Source: Promethearchaeota archaeon
GTDB lineage: Archaea > Asgardarchaeota > Lokiarchaeia > Sigyniarchaeales > SOKP01
NCBI GenBank assembly: GCA_016839705.1
Contig: JAEOTR010000062.1
Span: 38,365 to 102,364 of the forward strand
Direction: 5' to 3'
Length of the DNA: 64,000 nt
In this document: positions 1-9,425 of the stretch, in pieces
Layout of the letters: every line of letters begins with the position of its first letter
Numbering within the stretch: position 1 is the first letter of the stretch
The notes under the pieces: generated by a model
The model's input: only the letters and a program-made list of their open reading frames with translations
Databases searched by the model: none
Told to the model about the DNA's origin: nothing
Program-made: the position numbers and the translations under genes

Positions 1-892
1 GGGCTATAATTATTTTTCTAGGACCCATATCCATGGTTTTTAGATATCTGCAACCTACAATCGATTCCTGCATACAAGCATTCACAGCAGTCATTAAGCT
101 GCTGAATAATTGAGGTCTATTAATCCTACTTCCTTTAGTAAAGTCGTAATAATGTAATAAACTTCCTGACGCAGTCTCCATAAACCCGATTGCATAGATT
201 TTGATTGGGGAGGCTATTAAACTTGAAGGGAACCTTACAATTGATAATGATATCAATAACAATCCCCCTAATACAAAAATCAAGAATGAATAAGTGGGAA
301 TAAAATCGATAAGTAAAGATAACACTAAAGCAACACTTGATGAACCAGTTACAATCCAACCGATAAAAAACAATTTTAGATTGTTTTTTACTTTCGGATC
401 TCTACTTGTAAGGAATAACCTATTTGTAAATGATATTAATTCATATATTACAAAAATCATTAATGCTCCAATTAAAAACATCAACGCAGGATGGAAATTC
501 ATCATCCACAGGCCCACATCTGCATTCCATTCAATGTTATAAAAAGTTCCTGTCAAATATAGTGTAACTATAGCACCAAGTAATCCAGATACTATATGAG
601 TGCTAAATTTATACAGGTCTCCCTTAGACAATTTTATTGCTAAATAAAGGAAGTAAATGCCAACCCAAGTAAGAGTAAAAGTAGCGATTTGGATTATTCT
701 TATAAACTCTTCAGCAAGTTCCAAGGTGCCAGCGGTCAATGCTAATGTTGCAAAAATTAAAAAGAAGATACCAAAAAAATAAAGCAGGATTGTTTTAAAA
801 CGCAATCTAAAATATGAATATAAAATTGTTATTGAACAAACTAATATACTTATTGATGTAATAATTCCTATTATGAAGTTTATGTTGATCAT
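1..892 (-). CDS. Multi-pass membrane protein with C-terminal longin/roadblock-like domain (3' end outside window)
   Basis: Not in ORF track. ATG at 892 (MININFIIGIITSISILVCS...), hydrophobic N-terminal part, and in-frame C-terminal KIYAIGFMETASGSLLHYYDFTKGSRINRPQLFSSLMTAVNACMQESIVGCRYLKTMDMGPRKIIIA at the window edge. I translated both ends and they share a frame. Confidence 0.7.
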   Translation of the reverse strand, partial: MININFIIGIITSISILVCSITILYSYFRLRFKTILLYFFGIFFLIFATLALTAGTLELAEEFIRIIQIATFTLTWVGIYFLYLAIKLSKGDLYKFSTHIVSGLLGAIVTLYLTGTFYNIEWNADVGLWMMNFHPALMFLIGALMIFVIYELISFTNRLFLTSRDPKVKNNLKLFFIGWIVTGSSSVALVLSLLIDFIPTYSFLIFVLGGLLLISLSIVRFPSSLIASPIKIYAIGFMETASGSLLHYYDFTKGSRINRPQLFSSLMTAVNACMQESIVGCRYLKTMDMGPRKIIIA

Positions 893-1205
893 CAGTTAGA
901 TGTAAAATGTCCCTATACCTATATTAAAATCTGTAATATCCAAGAAATAATTTCTTAATCACATTAAACATCACATTTTAAGTATATATATCTATAGCAA
1001 AATAACACAAATTTAGGATAATGCAACATAAATAAAAATTTTTTATGCAGACCAATAGTTCATATTTTAACATTTCATTTTCAATTATCACCATTACTAT
1101 TCTTAGCTTGTTCGTAATATCATAAATTAATTAGAAAGCCTTCTACTACATTTGAAAATTTTTTTTTCCTACCCAAACATTTATATATGAATACGATTTT
1201 ATATC

Positions 1206-1236
1206 TTTTACAGTAAAAAAAGTTTTTACCATAAAA
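1206..1236. promoter_or_regulatory. Inverted repeat, candidate operator of the ArsR-like regulator
   Basis: TTTTA-ca-GTAAAAA-aag-TTTTTAC-ca-TAAAA lies between a TATA-like tttatata and the ATG at 1256. Confidence 0.4.
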
Positions 1237-1255
1237 TAATTATTATTTGATTGAT

Positions 1256-1660
1256 ATGGCAAAGAAAATAGAAGAGAAAAAACAAAAGAAAAAACCTATA
1301 TTTGAAAAGGTTGGCATTGTATTTAGAAACCCCGTAAGGGCGGATATTATGCGAGAACTCTCAGAACGTCCACAAAGACCTAAAAATATTGCGGAGAATA
1401 TTGGCATCCAAAAGCAGAGTCTGAACTATCATTTAAACGCTCTTAAAAAAGGAGGGCTAATAAAATCTCATACTGAAGAATTGTCAGAAAAAGAAATACC
1501 TAAAGAAAGAGGGACAAGAATAAATGGAATTGGAGAAGAAGGGAAAATTCAGGTTACTTATGGGGTCGAACTAACTGAAAATGGTAAAGATGTAGTAAAT
1601 CAATATATTGATCCACTTTATGAGGAAGAAAGTGGAGATAAGGAAGAAAAAATAAAATAA
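1256..1660 (+). CDS. ArsR-family winged-HTH transcriptional regulator
   Basis: FRNPVRADIMRELSERPQRPKNIAENIGIQKQSLNYHLNALKKGGLI pattern; ATG 1256 preferred over TTG 1247. Confidence 0.8.
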   Translation: MAKKIEEKKQKKKPIFEKVGIVFRNPVRADIMRELSERPQRPKNIAENIGIQKQSLNYHLNALKKGGLIKSHTEELSEKEIPKERGTRINGIGEEGKIQVTYGVELTENGKDVVNQYIDPLYEEESGDKEEKIK

Positions 1661-1681
1661 ATAAAAAGGAGGAATGTTAAA

Positions 1682-2740
1682 ATGAAAAATGAAAGTATCC
1701 AATTAGTAAAATCAGTTTTTGAAAATCCCTTAAGTTACTTTAAATTAGGAACAACTCAAGTTCATGAGAATATGACAATTATCCCTATCATTGTTCAGAA
1801 TGAAAAATTTATTGAATTCATTAACATTAAAGAAGCTGAAGAATTAGAATTAGTTGAAATAATTGAAACTGATACAGTAAATCAATTGGAAGTTATTAAT
1901 AAGAGTAATAAGCAAGTTTTAATTCCATTCGGGATGACAGTTCACGGTGGAAAGCAAGACAGGACCATTTGGGAACCAATATTATTACCCGTAGGAGGTA
2001 AACAAAATGTATTCAAGGATGAATATGAAACAATGAATCAAAAACTTATCAGCCCTAATCAAAAATATAATATCCCTGCTAAATGTATAGAGCAATCAAG
2101 ATGGAATTACACAGGAAAACACGGATTTAAATCTACTAACCAGAGATTGCATCCTAATGTCGCATTTGAGTCAATATCTTCAGCAGGTCAAGGTGCAGTA
2201 TGGGGAGAAATACAAGCTCATAGATCAGAAATGAAATATGCGGTAGGTGTTGCTCCAACTCAAAGCTATCTTGATATGACCAAAAATATTGAAAAAGAAA
2301 CGGAAAAAATAATTAAAAATTTCGAAAATGTAAACAATCAATGTGGAGTGGCAGTGTTCATTAATGGTGAACTTATCGGGATTGAATTCTATGCAAATCC
2401 AAACGCATGGAAGACTATGAGCAAAGATATTCTTAAAGCATTTTCAATCGAAGCTCTAAGATTTAAAGATAAACCTAGTACCAATGACATTTCCGATTTT
2501 CATAATGTATTTCTAAATTTATTACACAAATTATCTTTAGAATATTCAACAAGAAAAGGTGTTGGTCTTGGAAATGTTGTAGAATTTACTTCTAAGGATA
2601 ATAAGTGGCGGGGAATTACCTTGGTTCACGAAGAGAATTTAGTACAATTCTATCTGGTCTCAAAAAGAGGAGGTTATCGAGGGGAATCACATTCAGAAAT
2701 ACAATTTCAAACCAATGTAGCCCAAAGATATACAATCTAA
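1682..2740 (+). CDS. ARPP-1/DUF6569-family domain protein
   Basis: VNQLEVINKS...VHGGKQDRTI...KCIEQSRW...QGAVWGEI...QCGVAVFING motifs; strong RBS aggagg; 21 bp after the ArsR gene. Confidence 0.7.
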   Translation: MKNESIQLVKSVFENPLSYFKLGTTQVHENMTIIPIIVQNEKFIEFINIKEAEELELVEIIETDTVNQLEVINKSNKQVLIPFGMTVHGGKQDRTIWEPILLPVGGKQNVFKDEYETMNQKLISPNQKYNIPAKCIEQSRWNYTGKHGFKSTNQRLHPNVAFESISSAGQGAVWGEIQAHRSEMKYAVGVAPTQSYLDMTKNIEKETEKIIKNFENVNNQCGVAVFINGELIGIEFYANPNAWKTMSKDILKAFSIEALRFKDKPSTNDISDFHNVFLNLLHKLSLEYSTRKGVGLGNVVEFTSKDNKWRGITLVHEENLVQFYLVSKRGGYRGESHSEIQFQTNVAQRYTI

Positions 2741-2858
2741 ATAAAATTATGTAATTTAAGAAAAATTGATTTAATAAAATTTTTCTCTTTTTTTTTCCAA
2801 GTTCTTTGAGCCAATATTTATTTTGATTTACCTGTGTTCTTGGAATATCATAGATGCT

Positions 2859-3263
2859 CTAACTAATCTGGGTAGCTTTTGTGTGTTTTTTCAAATATAT
2901 TTTTTGGAGAATAAAACGACTTATTAAATAGCAAAGAATGACTGATACAGGTAAAACAATAAACAGTTTTATAATAGGAGAAAGAGGTATAAATGCAATT
3001 CCAAGGGATACAGGAATAACGACGAATGGATAAATGAGGTACATATGGAATGAGCTATCGGCTAAATTCTGTAGTATTTTTCCTTACTTGTTGAATTTTG
3101 CTTAAAAAATCTTAACTAACACAAAAATCATTCCCATACACGCGATATTATCTACCAGTGCAAATATAAGAGCATTCAAATTGCTTCCTCCTAAAAAAAC
3201 GTTAAAATCTGAATCGACCCCAAAAACAACAAAGAAATACGTAAAAAATAATATTTTCTTCAT
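2859..3263 (-). pseudogene. Truncated acyltransferase-3 (OafA/OpgC-like) remnant
   Basis: One frame reads ...CMGMIFVLVKIF*AKFNK*GKILQNLADSSFHMYLIYPFVV..., with TAA stops at 3102-3104 and 3084-3086; only the C-terminal part is present. Confidence 0.65.
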
Positions 3264-3307
3264 ATAAATTATATAAATTATTTTTTCAAGTTTAAATCTA
3301 TTTACTT

Positions 3308-3901
3308 TTACGTTTCTCTTTTATCTGCCGATCTTACTATAAAGAAACCTATCAGCCCCCCAACGAAGAATGGAATAAGAATTTGTAACCATAGGAGATC
3401 AATTGGCAATAAATAAGTTGGAGGATCATGCTGGATATTAGGAGGGATCGTCCTTAAATAGTAGGAAAATGCAGAAGTAATCCAAAGATAAGCCCATGCT
3501 ATAAAAGTGGCAATTCCTAACCATTTACAATTTTTATATATTAGGGGTTTTTTGAAATATGATAAATACGTTTTCAAAACAATAACTACCAAAATAGCAA
3601 AATTAGGCCATACATGAAAGTTATAACTTAGATTTGCTATTTCAAATGGTGGCTCCCCAAAGAAAATTCCTCCTAAAAAACCGACCATTCCCGCAAATAA
3701 CCCAAGAAAATATAATGTTGTTGCAAATCCCCCAAACGCTCGATGAGATCTAAATAAAATATCGTTAGTTTTTAAAAGAGACCGTTTCTTCTTATAATAT
3801 CCTGCGTAAGTTCCTGTAGCTGCTTGGACCGTCGCACATAAACAACCTAACATTGTTATTATAGTATTGAATTCTGCCACAGAATATGTAAGTCCTGCCA
3901 T
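3308..3901 (-). CDS. Integral membrane protein, DUF6529/cytochrome b561-like
   Basis: About 5 TM helices with His in SHRAFGG and NFHVW. Confidence 0.5.
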   Translation of the reverse strand: MAGLTYSVAEFNTIITMLGCLCATVQAATGTYAGYYKKKRSLLKTNDILFRSHRAFGGFATTLYFLGLFAGMVGFLGGIFFGEPPFEIANLSYNFHVWPNFAILVVIVLKTYLSYFKKPLIYKNCKWLGIATFIAWAYLWITSAFSYYLRTIPPNIQHDPPTYLLPIDLLWLQILIPFFVGGLIGFFIVRSADKRET

Positions 3902-4004
3902 AATATGGATAATTAAAAATTCTATTTGAAATTTAATGGAATAAAGTTTTAATCGGTAAACAATTTATGAAATTAAAATAGTTTTTTTCGTTAAGTGAGT
4001 ACAT

Positions 4005-5342
4005 ATGGTTAGACCTAAGATTATAATACCAGAAAAAGGAATTCCTGAAGAGGCTCTCCTGAAAGAAATGGAAGATCTTCGTGAAGAAGATACTAATTGG
4101 AGAGAAGGTAGGGTTTGGAGTTTAGTATATCATGCAACAGATAAGCATACTGAAATGCTAAAGAAAGCCTATACAATGTTTTTCTCAAAAAATGCCTTAA
4201 GTCCAATTGCCTTCCCAAGTCTAAAGAAATTTGAGACGGAGGTTATATCTATGGCTATAGATTTATTCAGTGGAGATAAAAGGTGTTGTGGGAGTATGAC
4301 TTCAGGAGGAACTGAAAGTATTTTAATGGCTATAAAGACCTATAGAGATTGGGCTAGAGATAAGTTTCCAAATATAAAAGACCCGGAGATGGTATTACCA
4401 AGCTCAGCACATCCTGCCTTTGATAAAGGAGCAGATTATTTTGGAGTAAAAGCAGTACGAATCCCCGTAGATGAAGAGACACATCGAGCAGATGTAAAAG
4501 CAATGGAAAATGCAATAAACGATAATACAATATTAATGGTAGGCTCCGCATGTGATTTTCCTAGAGGGGTAGTAGATCCTATCTCAAAGCTTGCAACGAT
4601 TGCTCAAGAACATAGTATTGGAATGCATGTTGACTCTTGCCTCGGAGGTTTTATGCTACCTTTTGTAAAAAAGCTTGGATATGAGGTCCCCGAATTTGAT
4701 TTCTCAGTTCCCGGGGTTACTTCAATTTCTGCTGATGTCCATAAATATGGTTATGGGGCAAAAGGGGCATCAACTATACTTTATCGAAAAGAAAGAGTTT
4801 GGAAATATCAATTCTCTGTATATACAGACTGGTCTGGTGGTATTTATATCTCTCCAAGCATGCGAGGAACTCGTCCAGGAGGAGCAATCGCAGCTGCTTG
4901 GGCTGCTTTAAGGGCTCTTGGAATGGATGGTTATCTAAACTTAGCAAAAATTGTGATGACTGCTTCAGAAGAATTGATGAAGGGAATTAATACTATACCT
5001 GAACTATACATTATTGGAAAACCCGTAATGAGTGTCTTTTCTTTTACTTCAGACACACTGGATATCTATAATTTAGGAGATCTCATGGATAAAAAAGGAT
5101 GGCATTTAGATCGAATCCAATTCCCAAATGCATTACATATGATGGTAAATCCTCACCATGCGGAAGTTGTGGACACTTTTCTAGCAGATCTTAAATCCGC
5201 TGTTAGTGAAGTTATCGAACATCCTGAACAATCTTCTGACGGAGATGCTGCAATTTATGGTATGGTTGCTAGTTTACCTGACAGAAATAAAGTGAAAGAC
5301 TATATCATTAACTTCTTAAAAAGCCAATATAAAATTAAATAG
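4005..5342 (+). CDS. PLP-dependent group II decarboxylase, sphingosine-1-phosphate lyase-like
   Basis: MTSGGTESI, SAHPAFDK, HVDSCLGGF, SISADVHKYGYGAKG (PLP Lys), GTRPGG. Confidence 0.85.
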   Translation: MVRPKIIIPEKGIPEEALLKEMEDLREEDTNWREGRVWSLVYHATDKHTEMLKKAYTMFFSKNALSPIAFPSLKKFETEVISMAIDLFSGDKRCCGSMTSGGTESILMAIKTYRDWARDKFPNIKDPEMVLPSSAHPAFDKGADYFGVKAVRIPVDEETHRADVKAMENAINDNTILMVGSACDFPRGVVDPISKLATIAQEHSIGMHVDSCLGGFMLPFVKKLGYEVPEFDFSVPGVTSISADVHKYGYGAKGASTILYRKERVWKYQFSVYTDWSGGIYISPSMRGTRPGGAIAAAWAALRALGMDGYLNLAKIVMTASEELMKGINTIPELYIIGKPVMSVFSFTSDTLDIYNLGDLMDKKGWHLDRIQFPNALHMMVNPHHAEVVDTFLADLKSAVSEVIEHPEQSSDGDAAIYGMVASLPDRNKVKDYIINFLKSQYKIK

Positions 5343-5388
5343 ATCTATCCCAACTACATAATAAAACAAAAGAATAGAGTGATATCAA

Positions 5389-6219
5389 GTGCGAATGAAA
5401 AATGAAACCGCTATTATAACAGGATCAACTAGCGGAATAGGAAAACATATTGCGGAACTTTTTCTTCGAGAGGGATGTAAGGTAGCTATCTGTTCTCGTA
5501 AGGAAGAAAACGTTCAAAGAACACTTGAAGAATTTAAAAAGAAATATGGAGAATCTGTAATTGGGATGGTTTGTGACGTTACTGAACCATCTGTTATCGA
5601 ATCATTGGTCGATGAAACCATTAATAAATTTGGTTCAGTTCGTATATTAGTGGCTAATGCGGGTGTAAATTTAATATATGGTCCTTTTGAATATATATCA
5701 TTAGAGGAGGCTAATATGAATGCTAAAACGATCATTGAAATTAATTTAATCGGCATTATTAATACCGTAGCAGCGGTTTTACCACACATGCTCAAGCAAG
5801 GATATGGTAGAATAATAACTCTTTCTGGTGGGGGTGCCGAAAGACCGATTGAACACATGACCATCTACTCAGCTTCTAAGGGAGGTGTACTCGCATTTTC
5901 CAGATGCTTAGCAAAGGAGCTTGATAATAACGAAAAAGATATTAAAATTAATATATATAATCCTGGAATGATAGATACAAACTTAGCCACAAATGCGAAA
6001 GTTATTGAAGTTTGGAAAGATAAAGAAACCTACAATCGTGAATTCGAATTACTTAGAACGCATGTGATGACAGATATCGAAGATAGTTGTAGTAAAGTTA
6101 TCCCATATGCATTACCAACATGTAAAGATAACGGGAAATCTTTCAGAGGCTTTTCAGGAATGAAACTTGGAATGGGATTTAACAAAATCAGGAAGGAACT
6201 AAAGAAAATGAATCAATAA
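5389..6219 (+). CDS. Short-chain dehydrogenase/reductase (SDR)
   Basis: TGSTSGIG, ANAG, YSASK, NPGMIDT. Confidence 0.9.
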   Translation: MRMKNETAIITGSTSGIGKHIAELFLREGCKVAICSRKEENVQRTLEEFKKKYGESVIGMVCDVTEPSVIESLVDETINKFGSVRILVANAGVNLIYGPFEYISLEEANMNAKTIIEINLIGIINTVAAVLPHMLKQGYGRIITLSGGGAERPIEHMTIYSASKGGVLAFSRCLAKELDNNEKDIKINIYNPGMIDTNLATNAKVIEVWKDKETYNREFELLRTHVMTDIEDSCSKVIPYALPTCKDNGKSFRGFSGMKLGMGFNKIRKELKKMNQ

Positions 6220-6221
6220 AT

Positions 6222-7484
6222 TTATAAAATTGAGATCATATCTTTAATAGCTCTACTCACTAAATAGAGTTGTATGTTTCGAGCACCTCCTATTATCTCT
6301 TGAACTTTTGCAACTCCTAGTGCTCTATCAATCCTCAAGTTATCAGTAAACGCAATTCCACCACACAATTGTTGAGTTTCATAAGAAATTTTCTGAGCGA
6401 GATTTGATGCGAGATATTTCGTTCCTGAACTAAATGCGGCATTATATTTAACGAATTTTTGCTCCTCAAAGTGTTTTTTCTCAACAGTTTTATCATACTC
6501 TAAAGCTGACCTAAGACCTAATTCTGTTGCAGCCATCAATTCAGTAAAATTCTGTGTCTGTGGAAAAGAAACTCCTTGAAAATCATAAATTGGTCTGTTG
6601 AATTGTGTCCTTAAATTTGTATAGATAAGACCTGTAATTGCAGTTAACCATGCGATACCTAAACTAGATCCAATAATCGCACATCTTTCGGCTACAAGTC
6701 CAGAAAATAAATTTTTGTAGCCTTGCCCTTTAGCTCCTAGCACATTTTTTCGAGGTATTTTAACAGAATCAAAGAGAGTTTGACCAATTTCCACTCGTGG
6801 AACTGATTGTATACCTAGTCTGTTAGTGGTTAATCCTTCAAATTCTCTCTCAGCAATAGCTTGATACATTGATCCCCGAGGATCTGACACATCAGATACT
6901 CCATATACGATAAAATAATCTGCAACTGGACCGTTAGTGGTATATAATTTTTCTCCATTAAGAATAATGTAATCAACTCTATCAGAAACCTTCGTTTCCA
7001 TGTTCACCGCATCAGAACCGTGTTTTCTTTCAGTAATACAGATGCATCCGATCTTTTTTCCCGCCATTATTTGATTTAAGATTTCAAAAATCCTGTCACC
7101 TTTGCCGAATTGAAAAAGTGGATTCGCAAATATAACACCCGTCACCACTCTAGCCAAATCTAATTCAGGATCAACTATGGATATAGCCATAGCTAAAAGC
7201 ATTTCATAGCGCATATTATATCTTTCACCATCGCCATGAGGATTCAATCTCTGAACATAATTTCTTCTCCCTAAGATTGGAAACAGATTATAAACTTGTT
7301 CTTCTAGATTCATCTTAGGTTCGATTTCTTTTAGTAAAAATTGCTCTAATTCCTCTAAAAATTCCCGTTCTTCATCTGTTATGAGGGGAAAAATGAAATT
7401 ATTAAAAATTTTGTAAATGTTTTCGGTCGTTAATTTTTTTTTAATTTCTTCATCTAGAATATCTACACCCGTTATCAGTTTCAT
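6222..7484 (-). CDS. Acyl-CoA dehydrogenase
   Basis: CITERKHGSDA, LNGEKLYTTNG, RTQFNRPI, QLCGGIAF, EIIGGARNIQ. Confidence 0.9.
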   Translation of the reverse strand: MKLITGVDILDEEIKKKLTTENIYKIFNNFIFPLITDEEREFLEELEQFLLKEIEPKMNLEEQVYNLFPILGRRNYVQRLNPHGDGERYNMRYEMLLAMAISIVDPELDLARVVTGVIFANPLFQFGKGDRIFEILNQIMAGKKIGCICITERKHGSDAVNMETKVSDRVDYIILNGEKLYTTNGPVADYFIVYGVSDVSDPRGSMYQAIAEREFEGLTTNRLGIQSVPRVEIGQTLFDSVKIPRKNVLGAKGQGYKNLFSGLVAERCAIIGSSLGIAWLTAITGLIYTNLRTQFNRPIYDFQGVSFPQTQNFTELMAATELGLRSALEYDKTVEKKHFEEQKFVKYNAAFSSGTKYLASNLAQKISYETQQLCGGIAFTDNLRIDRALGVAKVQEIIGGARNIQLYLVSRAIKDMISIL

Positions 7485-7905
7485 AATTAAGCCTCTTTTT
7501 AATCCTAATTAAGTCATTAAAACCTTGATCAATTAAGTATTTCATTGAAAAAAAATAATTACTAATTCTAGAAATCAACGAAAATTAATTAGTATAGACA
7601 GTGTTCTAATTATTTAAAAAGGTTTCAATAAAAAATATTTAAAAGGATAAGTAAGAAATCTTTGTTCAAAAAGAAGAACTTTTGCTCATTTAGTAAGCCC
7701 TTTAATTGAAAGAATTCTAATAGGAAAATCTCCCTACTATGAAACCAATTAAAGTTAAAATTATAATTTTTAAATATTATAAAATGAAAAGTTAATTTTC
7801 ATTACTGAATATAAATTTGTTCCAGAAGCAAAAAATTCAGAATTATAGAAAATCTTATTTTAGTGTAAACTAATAATCTTACATCAAAATAAAAATGGAA
7901 TATTT

Positions 7906-9279
7906 ATGGTATATTTTCAGATCAGTCGGTTAGGATTTGATTGTGGTCTTGAGAAGGACAGTTGCAAGGATTATCCTGGATTTTGTTCAGAATGTGTTAA
8001 AAAGCAACTTGAAAAATTCAGTTTAGATGTAAATCAGAACATAAAAATAACACTAATAGATTCTAAAGAAAAGAGAATTCAAATGTTTCAAGATCTAATT
8101 TGGCAAAAGTTTTTAGATGTTCTAAACATAAAACATATCGTCTTAACAGCTAAAAAGTCTGGTTTACTTGTCATTGACTATCCAATCTCAGGAGCAGGAA
8201 TAGATCTTCAATTATTAACGGGATTTATACAAGCAAATATATCGTTTTCAGAAACGGGTAATATTCAAGATAATTCTATCAGTCAAGGGCAAAATATGCA
8301 ATTTTATGAATTCCAGTATCAGAATTTCAGTATATTATTAAAAAATGGGAAATTTGTTCGAATATGCTTGGTGTTAGATCACAAAGCCTCAGATAGTTTA
8401 AAAATACAGGTCTCTGAGTTTTTAAACGAATATGAAGCAAGATACTTTGATAAAATTGTTTCATATATCGAAAAAGGACGACTCGACTTTAAAGATACAC
8501 TTGATTTCATAATTGACATGTTTAACATCAAATTGGTTTTCCCGATGGTATTAACTCATACTTTTTTACCAGAAGTGCTAGAATCAATAGAAAAGAATTT
8601 TATTCAAAAGGCAATAGTAGATTTTGCAAAATTATTATTAGCTTCAAAACAGTTCTTTTTTATCATCAATCTAGTTGATGAAGTACAAAAAATAGTTAAT
8701 ATTGATTCTAACAGGATACTTTATGAAATTCATCAACTTATCGAAAAAAATATTATCATTCCAACCACTATTGAGACCGCTGAGGATAAGATTAGTACTT
8801 TTCAAGAGTCTCAAGCAGCAAGAATAGCTAACAATGAATTGATTTCTCCGATTATAGCAAATGAAGACGATATAAATGAACTAAAAGAAAAAGCAAAACA
8901 TATGAACGAAGAGGAGGTTAAGACTGCGTTAAATTCCTTTATTAAAAAAGCTGAAGTTGCTGAAAAAGGTATGGCATATAAAGAAGCATTAAAAGAGTAT
9001 GAAAAAGCATTATTTTTAGCCAGCGGTTTTGACATGAAGGAGGATATTGGCAGGATCTCATTTCTGATCTTCGAACTTGACAAAAAAAATAAGGAATTAG
9101 AACTCGAATATGCTCTAAAGGTTGGAGAAAAAGCAGAAAAAAAGAAGGATTATATTAAAGCTATTAATTACTATAAAGAATGCTTGATAATCTTAAAAAA
9201 AGATGGCATATTCGAGGACACTGAATCCAGAGTCAGGAAATTGGAAAAAAAATTAGGAAGTCTTCAGAAACAACTTTAA
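7906..9279 (+). CDS. Cys-rich N-terminus + longin-like domain + C-terminal TPR protein
   Basis: C-x5-C-x6-C-x2-C; IVLTAKKSGLLVIDY...LLTGFIQANISF...EFQYQNFSILL longin-like pattern; YKEALKEYEKAL and YIKAINYYKECL TPRs. Confidence 0.6.
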   Translation: MVYFQISRLGFDCGLEKDSCKDYPGFCSECVKKQLEKFSLDVNQNIKITLIDSKEKRIQMFQDLIWQKFLDVLNIKHIVLTAKKSGLLVIDYPISGAGIDLQLLTGFIQANISFSETGNIQDNSISQGQNMQFYEFQYQNFSILLKNGKFVRICLVLDHKASDSLKIQVSEFLNEYEARYFDKIVSYIEKGRLDFKDTLDFIIDMFNIKLVFPMVLTHTFLPEVLESIEKNFIQKAIVDFAKLLLASKQFFFIINLVDEVQKIVNIDSNRILYEIHQLIEKNIIIPTTIETAEDKISTFQESQAARIANNELISPIIANEDDINELKEKAKHMNEEEVKTALNSFIKKAEVAEKGMAYKEALKEYEKALFLASGFDMKEDIGRISFLIFELDKKNKELELEYALKVGEKAEKKKDYIKAINYYKECLIILKKDGIFEDTESRVRKLEKKLGSLQKQL

Positions 9280-9425
9280 ATCTAAATGAAATCTCCTTAA
9301 TTCTGTTTTTTATAGGATTTTTTTGCATTATAAGGACTTTACAGAAAATTTATGAGCTACTTAGTATTACATGCTATTTATGAATTTAAGTTCAAAAAAT
9401 AATCTAAAATTTCAAAAGAAAAGAG

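Noticed and set aside
135-542. ORFs 135-359 (-) and 294-542 (+)
   Set aside because: Both overlap the longer minus-strand membrane/longin gene that runs off the window edge
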